Assembly: GCA_963702205.1 (NCBI GenBank)
Contig: OY969724.1
Coordinates: 3,296,001-3,360,000 of the forward strand
Reading direction: 5' to 3'
DNA length: 64,000 nucleotides
Source of the DNA: an uncultured candidate division Zixibacteria bacterium
GTDB taxonomy: Bacteria > Zixibacteria > MSB-5A5 > GN15 > PGXB01
In this document: positions 47,601 through 57,083 of the stretch, one piece after another
How positions within the stretch are numbered: position 1 is the stretch's first letter
Layout of the letters: every line of letters starts with the position of its first letter
Made by a program: the position numbers and the translations under genes
The notes under the pieces: generated by a model
Seen by the model: the letters and a program-made list of their open reading frames with translations, nothing else
Told to the model about the DNA's origin: nothing
The model's database searches: none

Positions 47601-49134
47601 TCGGTACCAAAAGATTGCGGCCGGTCATCTCGGCCGGTTGTTCTATGCCCAGGCAGTGCAGCATGGTCGGCGCCAGGTCGGCCAGAATACCGCCTTCTCT
47701 GACTTTGATCTTGCCCATCCTGCCCGTGCTGTCATAAAAGATGCACGGTACAAGATTAGTCGTATGAGCCGTGTGCGGTCCGTGGGTTTTTTCATCGTAC
47801 ATTTTCTCGGCGTTGCCGTGATCGGCGGTCACGATGGCCAGCCCCTGCTGATCCTTGACGGCCGCCAGCACTTTGCCCAGTCCGGTATCGACCGCCTCGA
47901 CCGCCTTGACCGCGGCGTCGTAGTCGCCGGTATGGCCGACCATGTCGCAGTTGGCGAAATTCAGTATGACAACGTCGAATTTGCCCGAACGAATGGCCAG
48001 GGCGGCTTTATCCGAAACTTCCACCGAGGACATCTCGGGCTTCAGGTCGTACGTGGCGACCTTGGGTGAGGGAATCAATATGCGCTCTTCGCCATCGAAC
48101 GGCTTTTCCACCCCGCCGTTGAAGAAAAACGTCACGTGGGCATATTTCTCGGTTTCGGCGATACGAAGCTGTTTCAAACCGTGCCTCGAAATCACTTCGC
48201 CGAATATATTGTTCAAATGCACCTGCGGAAACGCGACGTGCGCCCCGGTCAACAGCTTGTCGTACTGCGTCATCGTGATCAGATGCACTGTCGGATTATC
48301 GGGATGAGACCACCCCTCCGGGTTATCGCCGGTGAGAATATGGCACATCTGCCGCACCCGGTCGGCCCGAAAATTGAAAAATATGGCGACGTCGCCGTCC
48401 TGCAGCCGACCCTCGTTTTCATCGCCGAGATTTATCACGACCGGTAAAACGAATTCATCGGTGACGTCATCTTTGTACGATTGCTTTATGGCCTCGACCG
48501 GATCGTCGGCTTGCACTCCTTTGCGGTGCACTATGGCATCGTATGATTTCTCGATACGCTCCCAGCGTTTGTCGCGATCCATGCCGTAATAGCGACCCGA
48601 CACGGTCGCCACTTTGCCCAGACCTGTTTTATTGAGAAATTCAACCGTATCCTTCATGTACCCTTCGCCCGAATGAGGCGGCGTATCGCGACCGTCCATA
48701 AAGGCGTGCAGGTACAACTTCGTGACGCCGGTGTTTTTGGCCAGTTTGACCAGCGCCTGGAGATGATTCAGCGAGGAGTGTACACACCCGTCGGAAACCA
48801 GCCCGAACAGGTGGACGGCTTTATTATCCGAGACGGCTTTTTTCATACCGGTCAGGAAAACGTCGTTTTTGAAAAAGTCGCCGTCGCTTATGGATTTATC
48901 AATGCGCGTAATATCCTGATAGACAACCCGGCCCGCTCCTATATTGAGGTGGCCGACTTCACTGTTGCCCATCTGACCTTCGGGCAACCCTACCGCCAGG
49001 CCGGAACCATCAATGGGCGCGTGCGGACAAGTTTTAAACAGTTCATCGACATTGGGTTTTTTGGCGCCAAAAACGGCGTTGAATTTTTCTTCTTTACTAA
49101 GGCCGAAACCATCAAGTATGCATAACAGAAACAT
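47575..49134 (-). CDS. gpmI: 2,3-BPG-independent phosphoglycerate mutase
   Basis: ILDG.G, MGNSEVGH, DGRD, GRYY.MDRD, NFRADR, ETEKYAHVT, DMVGHTG, ADHGN. Confidence 0.98.
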   Translation of the reverse strand: MFLLCILDGFGLSKEEKFNAVFGAKKPNVDELFKTCPHAPIDGSGLAVGLPEGQMGNSEVGHLNIGAGRVVYQDITRIDKSISDGDFFKNDVFLTGMKKAVSDNKAVHLFGLVSDGCVHSSLNHLQALVKLAKNTGVTKLYLHAFMDGRDTPPHSGEGYMKDTVEFLNKTGLGKVATVSGRYYGMDRDKRWERIEKSYDAIVHRKGVQADDPVEAIKQSYKDDVTDEFVLPVVINLGDENEGRLQDGDVAIFFNFRADRVRQMCHILTGDNPEGWSHPDNPTVHLITMTQYDKLLTGAHVAFPQVHLNNIFGEVISRHGLKQLRIAETEKYAHVTFFFNGGVEKPFDGEERILIPSPKVATYDLKPEMSSVEVSDKAALAIRSGKFDVVILNFANCDMVGHTGDYDAAVKAVEAVDTGLGKVLAAVKDQQGLAIVTADHGNAEKMYDEKTHGPHTAHTTNLVPCIFYDSTGRMGKIKVREGGILADLAPTMLHCLGIEQPAEMTGRNLLVPSEVPVTRN

Positions 49135-49136
49135 GA

Positions 49137-50177
49137 TTAACCTTTCAAGACTACTTTTTTCTCGCCCGAAGTAATACGGCCTATCTGATAAGCCTTTTCA
49201 CCCAGGCCATTTAAGTCTTGAACCACCTGTCCAGCCAGTTGTTCCGAAACCACCAGGATAAAGCCGATGCCCATATTGAACGCCGGATACATATCGTCTT
49301 CCGATATATTCCCCGCCTTCTGCAGATAGTTAAAAACCGGCAGGACCGGCCAGGAGCCTTTGTCTATTTCGGCTCGGCAGCTATCAGGGAGAATCCTGAC
49401 CAGGTTGCCCGGGATGCCGCCACCTGTAATATGAGCCATACCCTTAACCGGGTGTTTTTCCAGAATCTTGAATATGGAGTCTTTATAAGATTTATGTACA
49501 ATCAGAAGTTCATCGGCGGCCGTCCGGCCCAGTTCGGGGATCATTTCGTCGTGTTTTAGTCCGGCAACCTCGAATACGATTTTGCGGGCCAGCGAGAATC
49601 CGTTGGTATGAAGGCCGGTCGAGGCCAGCCCTATAACCGCATCTCCGGCTTCAATATTCGAGCCGTTGATAATTTTCTCCTGATCGACAATGCCGACAAT
49701 AAACCCGGCCACGTCATATTCACCCGGTTGATAAAAATCCGGCATCTCGGCCGTCTCGCCGCCGATCAATGCGGTCCCGGTATTCTTGCAGCCCCGGGCC
49801 AGCCCCTCGACAAGTTCGGCGATAATCTCCGGATTTAATTTCCCGGTCGCTATATAATCCAAGAAAAACAGCGGCCGTGCCCCGTGCACCAGGATATCGT
49901 CAACACAGTGATTTACGAGGTCTTCGCCGACCGTATTGTTCCTGCCGGACATAAAGGCAATCTTAAGTTTGGTTCCGACCCCGTCGGCCGAGGATATGAA
50001 GACGGGATTTTTAAAACCACCGAAATCCGGTTTAAAAAAGGCCCCGAACTGTCCGATCCCGCTGAGCACCGATTTATTGAACGTGCTTTTGGCCAGTTCT
50101 TTGATTCTTTCGACTGCGGCCTCACCCGCGGCAATATCGACTCCCGCCGACGCGTAATCTAATTTATTCTTGTCCAT
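49137..50177 (-). CDS. purM: Phosphoribosylformylglycinamidine cyclo-ligase
   Basis: Y..AGVD, DGVGTK, GGETAEMP, HTNG, HITGGG, FNMG; start moved to ATG 50177. Confidence 0.97.
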   Translation of the reverse strand: MDKNKLDYASAGVDIAAGEAAVERIKELAKSTFNKSVLSGIGQFGAFFKPDFGGFKNPVFISSADGVGTKLKIAFMSGRNNTVGEDLVNHCVDDILVHGARPLFFLDYIATGKLNPEIIAELVEGLARGCKNTGTALIGGETAEMPDFYQPGEYDVAGFIVGIVDQEKIINGSNIEAGDAVIGLASTGLHTNGFSLARKIVFEVAGLKHDEMIPELGRTAADELLIVHKSYKDSIFKILEKHPVKGMAHITGGGIPGNLVRILPDSCRAEIDKGSWPVLPVFNYLQKAGNISEDDMYPAFNMGIGFILVVSEQLAGQVVQDLNGLGEKAYQIGRITSGEKKVVLKG

Positions 50178-50213
50178 ATACTTCCACCGTATTTTCGATC
50201 TCAATAAGGGGTT

Positions 50214-50242
50214 AAGCTAACACCCGCCGGTATTAAAGTCAA
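50214..50242 (-). promoter_or_regulatory. Sigma70 promoter of the purM operon
   Basis: Minus strand TTGACT-N17-TAGCTT with extended -10 TG. Confidence 0.55.
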
Positions 50243-50366
50243 GAAAATAGCCTAACAGACATAAGGCGTTCGCGTTCAGTTGCGTTGGTTCTTAAGAAGT
50301 TCGGTCAGGCCCTGTCCCGATGAAATCGGGATTGTCGCTTTGTACGTTGTGATCGGCGGGTCCTCA

Positions 50367-50519
50367 GAGGCTGTCCCAAAAGTATTTTTTTTAAGTTCCG
50401 CGGGGTCTTGTCCCGACGAAGTCGGGATGTGACCCTGCAGTCTTTCAACGGTTTCCGTCGGGTGACAATTTCGACCACGTCGAAATCAACACCCGACGGA
50501 ACACTTTTGGGACAGCCTC
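50367..50519. mobile_element. 153-bp MITE with perfect 17-bp terminal inverted repeats
   Basis: GAGGCTGTCCCAAAAGT (50367-50383) and ACTTTTGGGACAGCCTC (50503-50519); two internal nested hairpins; no coding capacity. Confidence 0.8.
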
Positions 50520-50584
50520 CGGACATCTGCCGCCCACTTGACTCGGAGCGTAGCGGAGCAGTTCTGCCAATTTATAACCAGGAT

Positions 50585-50643
50585 GGCAGGACCCCGGCGC
50601 CAGGCTCACTTCGAATACTCAGTGCAGGTGGTTCCTGCCCCAC
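50585..50643 (-). repeat. REP-like palindrome with nested CACTTCG..CTCAGTG unit
   Basis: GGCAGGACC...GGTTCCTGCC-CCAC enclosing CACTTCGAATACTCAGTG (50607-50624). Confidence 0.5.
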
Positions 50644-50684
50644 AATAATCCTCGGCGCTGGGGAAATTACGAAATCGTAATCAA

Positions 50685-50794
50685 CCACCCGTTGGGTGGG
50701 CTGCAAGAAATTCATTCAAAGAAAGACTGGATTCCCGATCAAGTCGGGAATGACATTGCAACCAACACCGTCTTTTAACCCATCCAACGGGTGG
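50685..50794. repeat. Second IR-bounded miniature element containing an ATTCCC-N-GGGAAT palindrome
   Basis: CCACCCGTTGGGTGGG and CCCATCCAACGGGTGG (15/16 inverted match); internal GGATTCCCGATCAAGTCGGGAATGAC (50729-50754). Confidence 0.65.
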
Positions 50795-50807
50795 ATATAT
50801 GATATTT

Positions 50808-51806
50808 TTATAATTTAAATTGTGATTTAAGAAAATCCAGCAGTGCTTTAAAATCCTCGGGCGGCTCCGCCTCGATACTCATCTTTTTTCCAGTCACCGG
50901 ATGACGGAATTCCAGACTTCTGGCGTGAAGTGCCTGACGCGGCATAATCGCCAGCGCCTTTTTCGCGATCATGCGATCATTGGAGAAAATCCCCAGATGC
51001 CATTTCTCTCGACCACCGTAATCAGGATCACCGAGAACCGGGTGCCCCAGATGAGCGAAATGCACCCTGATTTGATGCGTCCTGCCGGTGCGAAGATTTA
51101 TATCGAGATAATCGTACAAACCATAGCGCTCCAGCAGTTTATATTCGGTTATCGCTTCTCGTGATTTGATTTTTGTTACGGTCATCTTCTTCCGGTCTTT
51201 CATCGACCGGCCGACCGGAAGATCTATCGTACCGTCGTTTTCCTTCATATGCCCGCAAACTACCGCGATGTACTTCTTAGTGATCGTCCTCGCTTTCAGC
51301 ATATCCTGCAGCGCCTGATGCACTTCATCTGTCTTTGCAACCATTATAAGGCCACTGGTATTCTTATCCAGACGGTGCACTATTCCCGGACGCTCGGCCG
51401 CTCCGGTCGACAAAGATTTCGTATAGTGCAGCAGGGCGTGTACCATCGTTCCGGTATAATTTCCCGTCGACGGATGAACCGTCATACCCGGAGGTTTGTT
51501 GACAATCAGAAGATATTCGTCTTCGTACACAATATCGAGCGGGATATTTTCCGGCGTCAGTTTCATCTCCGGTTCGGGGGGAATCGATATTTCGATTTTT
51601 TCACCGCCGGTCAGAATCATCTTGCCGACCGCCGGAGCGCCGTCAATGCTGACAAGGTCGGCCTCGATAAGTTTCTGCAGTCGACTGCGCGATAATTTGA
51701 GTTCTGGATTTTGACCAATGTACTTATCGAGCCGGATTTTTTCGATATCCTCGGGGATTACGATCGACAACCGTTTAATCGGTTCGGATTTGTTTTCTGT
51801 GGCCAT
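50808..51806 (-). CDS. rluD: RluA/RluD-family 23S rRNA pseudouridine synthase
   Basis: S4 domain RLDKY..SRS, NKPPG, GIVHRLDKNTSG, TGRTHQIRVH, QALHA. Confidence 0.93.
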   Translation of the reverse strand: MATENKSEPIKRLSIVIPEDIEKIRLDKYIGQNPELKLSRSRLQKLIEADLVSIDGAPAVGKMILTGGEKIEISIPPEPEMKLTPENIPLDIVYEDEYLLIVNKPPGMTVHPSTGNYTGTMVHALLHYTKSLSTGAAERPGIVHRLDKNTSGLIMVAKTDEVHQALQDMLKARTITKKYIAVVCGHMKENDGTIDLPVGRSMKDRKKMTVTKIKSREAITEYKLLERYGLYDYLDINLRTGRTHQIRVHFAHLGHPVLGDPDYGGREKWHLGIFSNDRMIAKKALAIMPRQALHARSLEFRHPVTGKKMSIEAEPPEDFKALLDFLKSQFKL

Positions 51807-51809
51807 ATA

Positions 51810-52547
51810 TTACACGAAAGGATTTTCTTTGGTGCAGGCCAGAAGCATTTTACTCATGTCACGCACGGCTCGCTCGATACCGACAAGCAGCGCCCGGGCC
51901 AGGATATTATGCCCCACGATGTACTCATCAATTGACCCCAGCGCAGCCAACGCCCGGATATTAAGATAATCCAGTCCGCCGCCGCATGCAACGTTTATCC
52001 CCAGCTTCCTGGCTGTCTGGGCGACCTGATCTATAGTCTCGGCCTTTGAATTATAATCCACCGGATCTGACGAGGAGTAATCGTACGCCGCCAGCTGCAC
52101 CGCCCGGCATTTCAAACGCGCCGCCTCTTTCACCGAATCGGCGTCGGGATTGACAAGGCACGAATACGATACCCCGGCGTCGTCGAGCAGCACTGCGGCA
52201 TCGTGCAGCCGGTTGGCCGCTCTCGTAAAATCGATCCCGCGCGAAAGCATCTCACCCTCAAGAAGCATTGGCATGAGGGTCACCCGGTACGGTTTAACTT
52301 CCAGCGCCAGCTTGATCAAATCCGGATCGGGGGCGATCTGAAGATTCAGCCGGGTTTGCACCGTCTCTTTGAGCAAATAAATATCGCGGTCTTTCAGAAG
52401 CGCCCGATCCACTCGCAAATGAGCCGTGATGCTGTCCGCCCCGGCCGCTTCGGCCATTACGGCGACATGAACCGGATCGGGGACACGAGTCCTGGTCGTC
52501 CTTCGCAACGCCGCGACGTCGTCTATTTTTATCGAAAGCTGTGGCAT
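51810..52547 (-). CDS. PdxJ (pyridoxine 5'-phosphate synthase)-family protein with degenerate active site
   Basis: PDP, GAD.IT.HLR.DR, LNL, G.GL.Y.N, GH fit PdxJ, but several catalytic residues are substituted. Confidence 0.8.
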   Translation of the reverse strand: MPQLSIKIDDVAALRRTTRTRVPDPVHVAVMAEAAGADSITAHLRVDRALLKDRDIYLLKETVQTRLNLQIAPDPDLIKLALEVKPYRVTLMPMLLEGEMLSRGIDFTRAANRLHDAAVLLDDAGVSYSCLVNPDADSVKEAARLKCRAVQLAAYDYSSSDPVDYNSKAETIDQVAQTARKLGINVACGGGLDYLNIRALAALGSIDEYIVGHNILARALLVGIERAVRDMSKMLLACTKENPFV

Positions 52548-52598
52548 ATCAAACCCCTGTGGAAATTATATCAAATCTAACGGCTTAAACGGACGGAC

Positions 52599-53399
52599 TC
52601 AAGAATTATTTGTTTTTTTAAGCAGGTCCGACAAGCGAATAAAATCTTCGATCGACATCGCCTCGGCCCGGACATTGGCGCTCCTGCCCAGATTCACCAG
52701 CTTTTCTGATAGTATAGCTTTATCGCCAATACCGGCTTCCGCCAGATTATTAACCAGCATCTTGCGCCTGTGAACGAAGGCCGCCCGAACCACCCGCTCG
52801 AAAAATTCAAAATCGTCCACTTGATATCTGTCAACCGGCTCGAACACCAGAACCGATGAAAACACTTTCGGCGGCGGGTAAAACGCCCCCGGCGGAACTG
52901 TCCTTGCTTTTTTAATATCAAAAAACAACTGCGTAAAAATCGAAATCGGGGCCCAGTCTTTGGAGCCCGGTCCGGCCGCGATACGCTCGCCCATTTCTTT
53001 TTGAACCGTAATCACCACCCGTTCTATCACTCTCCGTTGTTCGACAATCCAGCCAACCAGCGGCGACGTTATATCATATGGTATATTCCCGATAAGCTTG
53101 AACGACCTGTCGCAGTACTTCTCCGGTTCAACTGTAAGAAAATCCTGATTGATAATTTTGAGTTTCTCCTGTCCGGAAAATTTCTTTTCCAGTTCCGGCA
53201 TAAGATTTTTATCCAGCTCGAAAGAAAATACGGTCGCCCCGGTATCGGCGATTATTTCGGTCAGGCCGCCGCGTCCGGTGCCGATCTCGATGACTATGTC
53301 ATTTCTCTTGATCTCAAGGTATCCAACAATTTGCCGCGCGATATTTTTATCTATGATGAAGTTCTGCGAAAAGCGTTTCTTGGGACGAACCGATGGCAT
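52599..53399 (-). CDS. rsmA: 16S rRNA dimethyltransferase RsmA/KsgA
   Basis: KKRFSQNF, EIG.G.G.LT, NIPY.ITSP, Q.E...R, P.PKV.S, RRK; start moved to ATG 53399. Confidence 0.96.
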   Translation of the reverse strand: MPSVRPKKRFSQNFIIDKNIARQIVGYLEIKRNDIVIEIGTGRGGLTEIIADTGATVFSFELDKNLMPELEKKFSGQEKLKIINQDFLTVEPEKYCDRSFKLIGNIPYDITSPLVGWIVEQRRVIERVVITVQKEMGERIAAGPGSKDWAPISIFTQLFFDIKKARTVPPGAFYPPPKVFSSVLVFEPVDRYQVDDFEFFERVVRAAFVHRRKMLVNNLAEAGIGDKAILSEKLVNLGRSANVRAEAMSIEDFIRLSDLLKKTNNS

Positions 53400-53400
53400 C

Positions 53401-54177
53401 TCAATCACCGAAAACTTCGACCAGGCCGAAAAGCTTCTGCACATTCCGATCGGCGATTTTTTCGACCTCTCCGACCGGCATATCTTTAAGCTCGGCCATT
53501 TTTTGATAGACGAATCTGACAAACGACGGTTCGTTGCGTTGGCCGCGTTTCGGCACCGGGGCCAGGTACGGACAGTCCGTTTCGAGCAAAATATGCTCCA
53601 TCGGCACTTCGGCGGCCATCCGCGCCATGCCCGCTTTGGGAAACGTAATTATTCCACCCACGGATATTTTGAAGCCCAGGTCAATGACTTCATTGGCTTC
53701 GTTCGCATCTCCGGGAAAACAGTGAAAAACCCCTCCGACCAATCGCGGTGCGAATTTCGTTATTATCTCGACCGATTCCTTAAACGACTCCCGCGTATGA
53801 ATCACGACCGGGAGATTCTTCTGCACCGCTATTTCGAGCTGCTGCTCGAAAACCTGTCTTTGCAGTTTACGCGGCGACAGATCACGATAGTAATCCAGTC
53901 CGATTTCACCGATGGCCTTAACTTTTTCATGATCGGCCAGGCTCGCTATTTTTTCCGCGGAACTATTATCGAATTTAGATGCATCGTGCGGGTGCACTCC
54001 GACCGTGGCATACACGCAATCGTACTTTTCAGCCAGCGCCACCGACATTTCCGAATGTTCCAGATCGACCCCGATATTGACTATCGTGTGCACCCCGGCT
54101 TCGAGCGCCGACGATACGACGGCGTCGCGGTCGCTATCAAAGGCATCGAAATCAAGATGACAGTGAGAATCGATCAT
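53401..54177 (-). CDS. tatD: TatD-family DNase
   Basis: DSHCHL, GVHPH, GEIGLDY, H.RE, HCF, ETDCPY. Confidence 0.95.
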   Translation of the reverse strand: MIDSHCHLDFDAFDSDRDAVVSSALEAGVHTIVNIGVDLEHSEMSVALAEKYDCVYATVGVHPHDASKFDNSSAEKIASLADHEKVKAIGEIGLDYYRDLSPRKLQRQVFEQQLEIAVQKNLPVVIHTRESFKESVEIITKFAPRLVGGVFHCFPGDANEANEVIDLGFKISVGGIITFPKAGMARMAAEVPMEHILLETDCPYLAPVPKRGQRNEPSFVRFVYQKMAELKDMPVGEVEKIADRNVQKLFGLVEVFGD

Positions 54178-56090
54178 CAGCCGACTTCTGCCCCGGCCTC
54201 GATATCCTGTTCGGGCGTAACCAGTGTCAACTGTTTGCCCTTCTTGGCCGCCAGGAGCATACCGTTGGATTCGATACCCCGGATTTTGGCCGGTTTGAGA
54301 TTTTTCACGACCACGATCTGCTTGCCGACCAGGTCTTCCGGCGTGTAGTGCAACGCAATCCCGGCCACGATCTGCCGCTTCTCGCCACCGACGTCTATCT
54401 GAAGTCTGAGCAGCTTATCGGCCCCTTCGACCTTCTCGGCTTCGAGCACTTCGGCCACAACCAGCTTGTTTTTGAAAAACGAATCTATATCGACCAGCCC
54501 GTCGTCTGATTCATCACCCTTGTCGGACGTCTTTTTGGCCTTTTTCTCCTGCAAACGCGGGAAAACGGAATCTTTCAGTGCAATCCTGGTCCCGGCCTCC
54601 AGACGGTAAAACGTCCGTGCCGATTCAATGCTCAACTCGTCTTTATCGAACCCAAAAACCCCGAGCATTTCGACCGCTTTGTTGGGCATGATCGGGCTTA
54701 TCATAATTGCCGTAATTCTGATCGCTTCGGCGCTGATATACAACACGCCCCCGGCCTTTTTTAAGTCCCCGTCTTTGATCAGATTCCACGGAGCGTTGGT
54801 ATCGAAAAATTTATTGGTACTGCGTACCAGACTCATGACGGCCTCGATAGCGTTCAATAACCTGTAATTCTTGATATGATCCAGTACGACTTCCGGCAGC
54901 TTTTCGGCCACGGAGACGAGTTCATCGACCCCTTCGATCCCGTCGGCCGGTGCCGGAATCTTGCCGTCGAAATTGGCAATTATCATCTTGGCCGTCCGTG
55001 ACACCAGATTGCCCAGATCGTTGGCCAGGTCGCTGTTGTACTTGGTGACAAACCTCGATTCCTGTATGTCGCCGTCGGCCCCGAACGGATACTGGGTCAA
55101 CAGGAGATACCGCGAAGCATCGGGCCCGAACCGCTCGACCATGTCGCGCGGGTCGATCTGATTGCCCAGCGATTTCGACATTTTCTCTCCGTTGACCGTA
55201 AAGAATCCGTGCAGGAAAATCGTTTTGGGCAGCGGCAGCCCGGCCGCCATCAGAATTGCCGGCCAGTAAATACAATGAAACTTCAAGATATCTTTGGCCA
55301 TTAGATGCACGATTTCGCCGTCATACCACCACTTTTTAAATTTCTTGTCGTCGGCCCCATACCCGATCCCGCTGATATAATTGATCAACGCCTCGACCCA
55401 GACGTACGTTACCTGTTTCGAGTCAAACGGCAGTGGTATACCCCATTTGACTTTTTCGCGCGATATCGAAAAATCCGTCAGATCCTGATCGAGCAGGCCC
55501 ATAACTTCGCGACGCCGTTCATCCGGAAGAATGGCGATTTTGTCCGTTTCTATCAAAGATCTTATCTTGTCGACAAACGCCGTAAGCCGGAAAAAGTAGT
55601 TTTTCTCGCTGAGCACCTGCGGAGCGGTTTTATGGTGCGGACACAGCCCGTCGACCAGCTCTTTTTCCGTCAGGAATTTTTCACACCCGGTGCAGTACAA
55701 TCCCTCATAGACGTCGGGATAAATCACCGCCTCACCATCGGGGGTTTTCGCTTCGTGCAATATCGAAAGCAGCTTTTGCACCGCCACTTCGTGTCGTTTA
55801 TCGGTCGTGCGGATGAAATCGCTATACTCGATATCGAGTGCTTTCCAGGCGTCCTTGTATTGTTGCACCACTCCGTCACAGAATGACTGCGGGTCAAGTC
55901 CGGCCTTTTCGGCGGCTTCGGCCACCTTGGTGCCGTGCTCGTCGGTGCCGGTCAGGAAAAACGCTTCGCGGCCGTTGAGGCGGTGGTACCGCGTAATCAG
56001 GTCGGCCGCGATGGTCGTGTACGAATGGCCGACGTGCGGCCTATCATTGACATAGTATATCGGGGTCGTTATATAAAACGGTTTGCTCAC
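54177..56090 (-). CDS. metG: Methionine--tRNA ligase with C-terminal tRNA-binding domain
   Basis: TTPIYYVN..PHVGH, GTDEHG, KMSKS, LANDLGN, OB-fold NLKPAK..S.GM. Confidence 0.97.
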   Translation of the reverse strand: MSKPFYITTPIYYVNDRPHVGHSYTTIAADLITRYHRLNGREAFFLTGTDEHGTKVAEAAEKAGLDPQSFCDGVVQQYKDAWKALDIEYSDFIRTTDKRHEVAVQKLLSILHEAKTPDGEAVIYPDVYEGLYCTGCEKFLTEKELVDGLCPHHKTAPQVLSEKNYFFRLTAFVDKIRSLIETDKIAILPDERRREVMGLLDQDLTDFSISREKVKWGIPLPFDSKQVTYVWVEALINYISGIGYGADDKKFKKWWYDGEIVHLMAKDILKFHCIYWPAILMAAGLPLPKTIFLHGFFTVNGEKMSKSLGNQIDPRDMVERFGPDASRYLLLTQYPFGADGDIQESRFVTKYNSDLANDLGNLVSRTAKMIIANFDGKIPAPADGIEGVDELVSVAEKLPEVVLDHIKNYRLLNAIEAVMSLVRSTNKFFDTNAPWNLIKDGDLKKAGGVLYISAEAIRITAIMISPIMPNKAVEMLGVFGFDKDELSIESARTFYRLEAGTRIALKDSVFPRLQEKKAKKTSDKGDESDDGLVDIDSFFKNKLVVAEVLEAEKVEGADKLLRLQIDVGGEKRQIVAGIALHYTPEDLVGKQIVVVKNLKPAKIRGIESNGMLLAAKKGKQLTLVTPEQDIEAGAEVG

Positions 56091-57037
56091 GTCAGGTTCT
56101 CCGGTTTATCGCTGTCTTCTTTAAGAAGTTCCTCGGTAATATCTTCATCCTGCTCCGGGCGGGGCACAGCGACCTGCTGCTCTTTTTTGTTCAGGGGCGG
56201 AAGGTTGTGCATTTCGCGATAAAATTCTCCCTGCTCGAGACGATTATCCCCGACTTCGGAGCCGGGCACTTTAACCTCTTCACCGTCCTCCAGTTTGACC
56301 ACCATGTAATCTTCGAAAACATTGATCCGATCGACCACGCCGTTCTTACCATCGACCGTGTACGGTTCACCCGGGTCGGGGTACCTGCTGCGGGTCATGG
56401 CATAATAATCGACTTCATACTTCAGGCAGCACAGCAATCGTCCGCAATTGCCGGAAATCTTCGACGGGTTAAGCGACAATCCCTGTTCCCGAGCGTCCTG
56501 CGTGGAAATCGGCTCGAAATTCCTTAAAAACCTCGAGCAGCACTGCTGATGCCCGCAGATACCCTGGCCGCCGATGCGTTTGGCCTCGTCACGAACCCCG
56601 ATCTGCCGCAGTTCGATACGCGTCTTGTATTCGGACGCGAGGTCGCGAACCAGCGCCCGGAAATCGACCCGGTGATCGGCCGTGAAATAAAACGTCATTT
56701 TATTGCGGTCGTACTGGTACTCTATATCCACCAGTTGCATTTCCAGCTTGTGCTGGTCGATCAATCGTACGGCATTATCCCAGGCGGAGGATTCATCGTC
56801 ACGGTTCTTATTCAAATTGGCCATATCTTCGTCGTTGGCCGGACGTAATATTGACCTCGGCTTTTCGACGAATGAAAAGGTGGAATCCTTTTCGATACGG
56901 TTCAATAAATGTCCCATATCTTCCCCGCGCTCCGCCTGGACGACGACATAGTCATTCAGTTTCAGGGAATGATAGAATTTATTAAAATAAAACTCGCGCC
57001 GATTGCCCTTAAATTCGACAAGGTATAAATCTGGCAT
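56087..57037 (-). CDS. ricT: PSP1/RicT (YaaT)-family Fe-S protein
   Basis: RVDFR.LV..LA..RIELRQIG.RDEA, CG...CC, NPSKISG.CGRL.CCLKYE. Confidence 0.9.
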   Translation of the reverse strand: MPDLYLVEFKGNRREFYFNKFYHSLKLNDYVVVQAERGEDMGHLLNRIEKDSTFSFVEKPRSILRPANDEDMANLNKNRDDESSAWDNAVRLIDQHKLEMQLVDIEYQYDRNKMTFYFTADHRVDFRALVRDLASEYKTRIELRQIGVRDEAKRIGGQGICGHQQCCSRFLRNFEPISTQDAREQGLSLNPSKISGNCGRLLCCLKYEVDYYAMTRSRYPDPGEPYTVDGKNGVVDRINVFEDYMVVKLEDGEEVKVPGSEVGDNRLEQGEFYREMHNLPPLNKKEQQVAVPRPEQDEDITEELLKEDSDKPENLT

Positions 57038-57083
57038 ATATTTTCCTCACAAAACAGGTAAGTTAACCAATGAAACGCAACTG

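Noticed and set aside
50305..50680. ORFs 50305-50526 (-) and 50408-50680 (+)
   Set aside because: They are read through palindromic repeats and the MITE; no RBS or protein-like features
50300..50800. Possible CRISPR array, tRNA or riboswitch upstream of purM
   Set aside because: No regularly spaced direct repeats and no cloverleaf; the region lies upstream of the predicted purM promoter and is explained by inverted repeats
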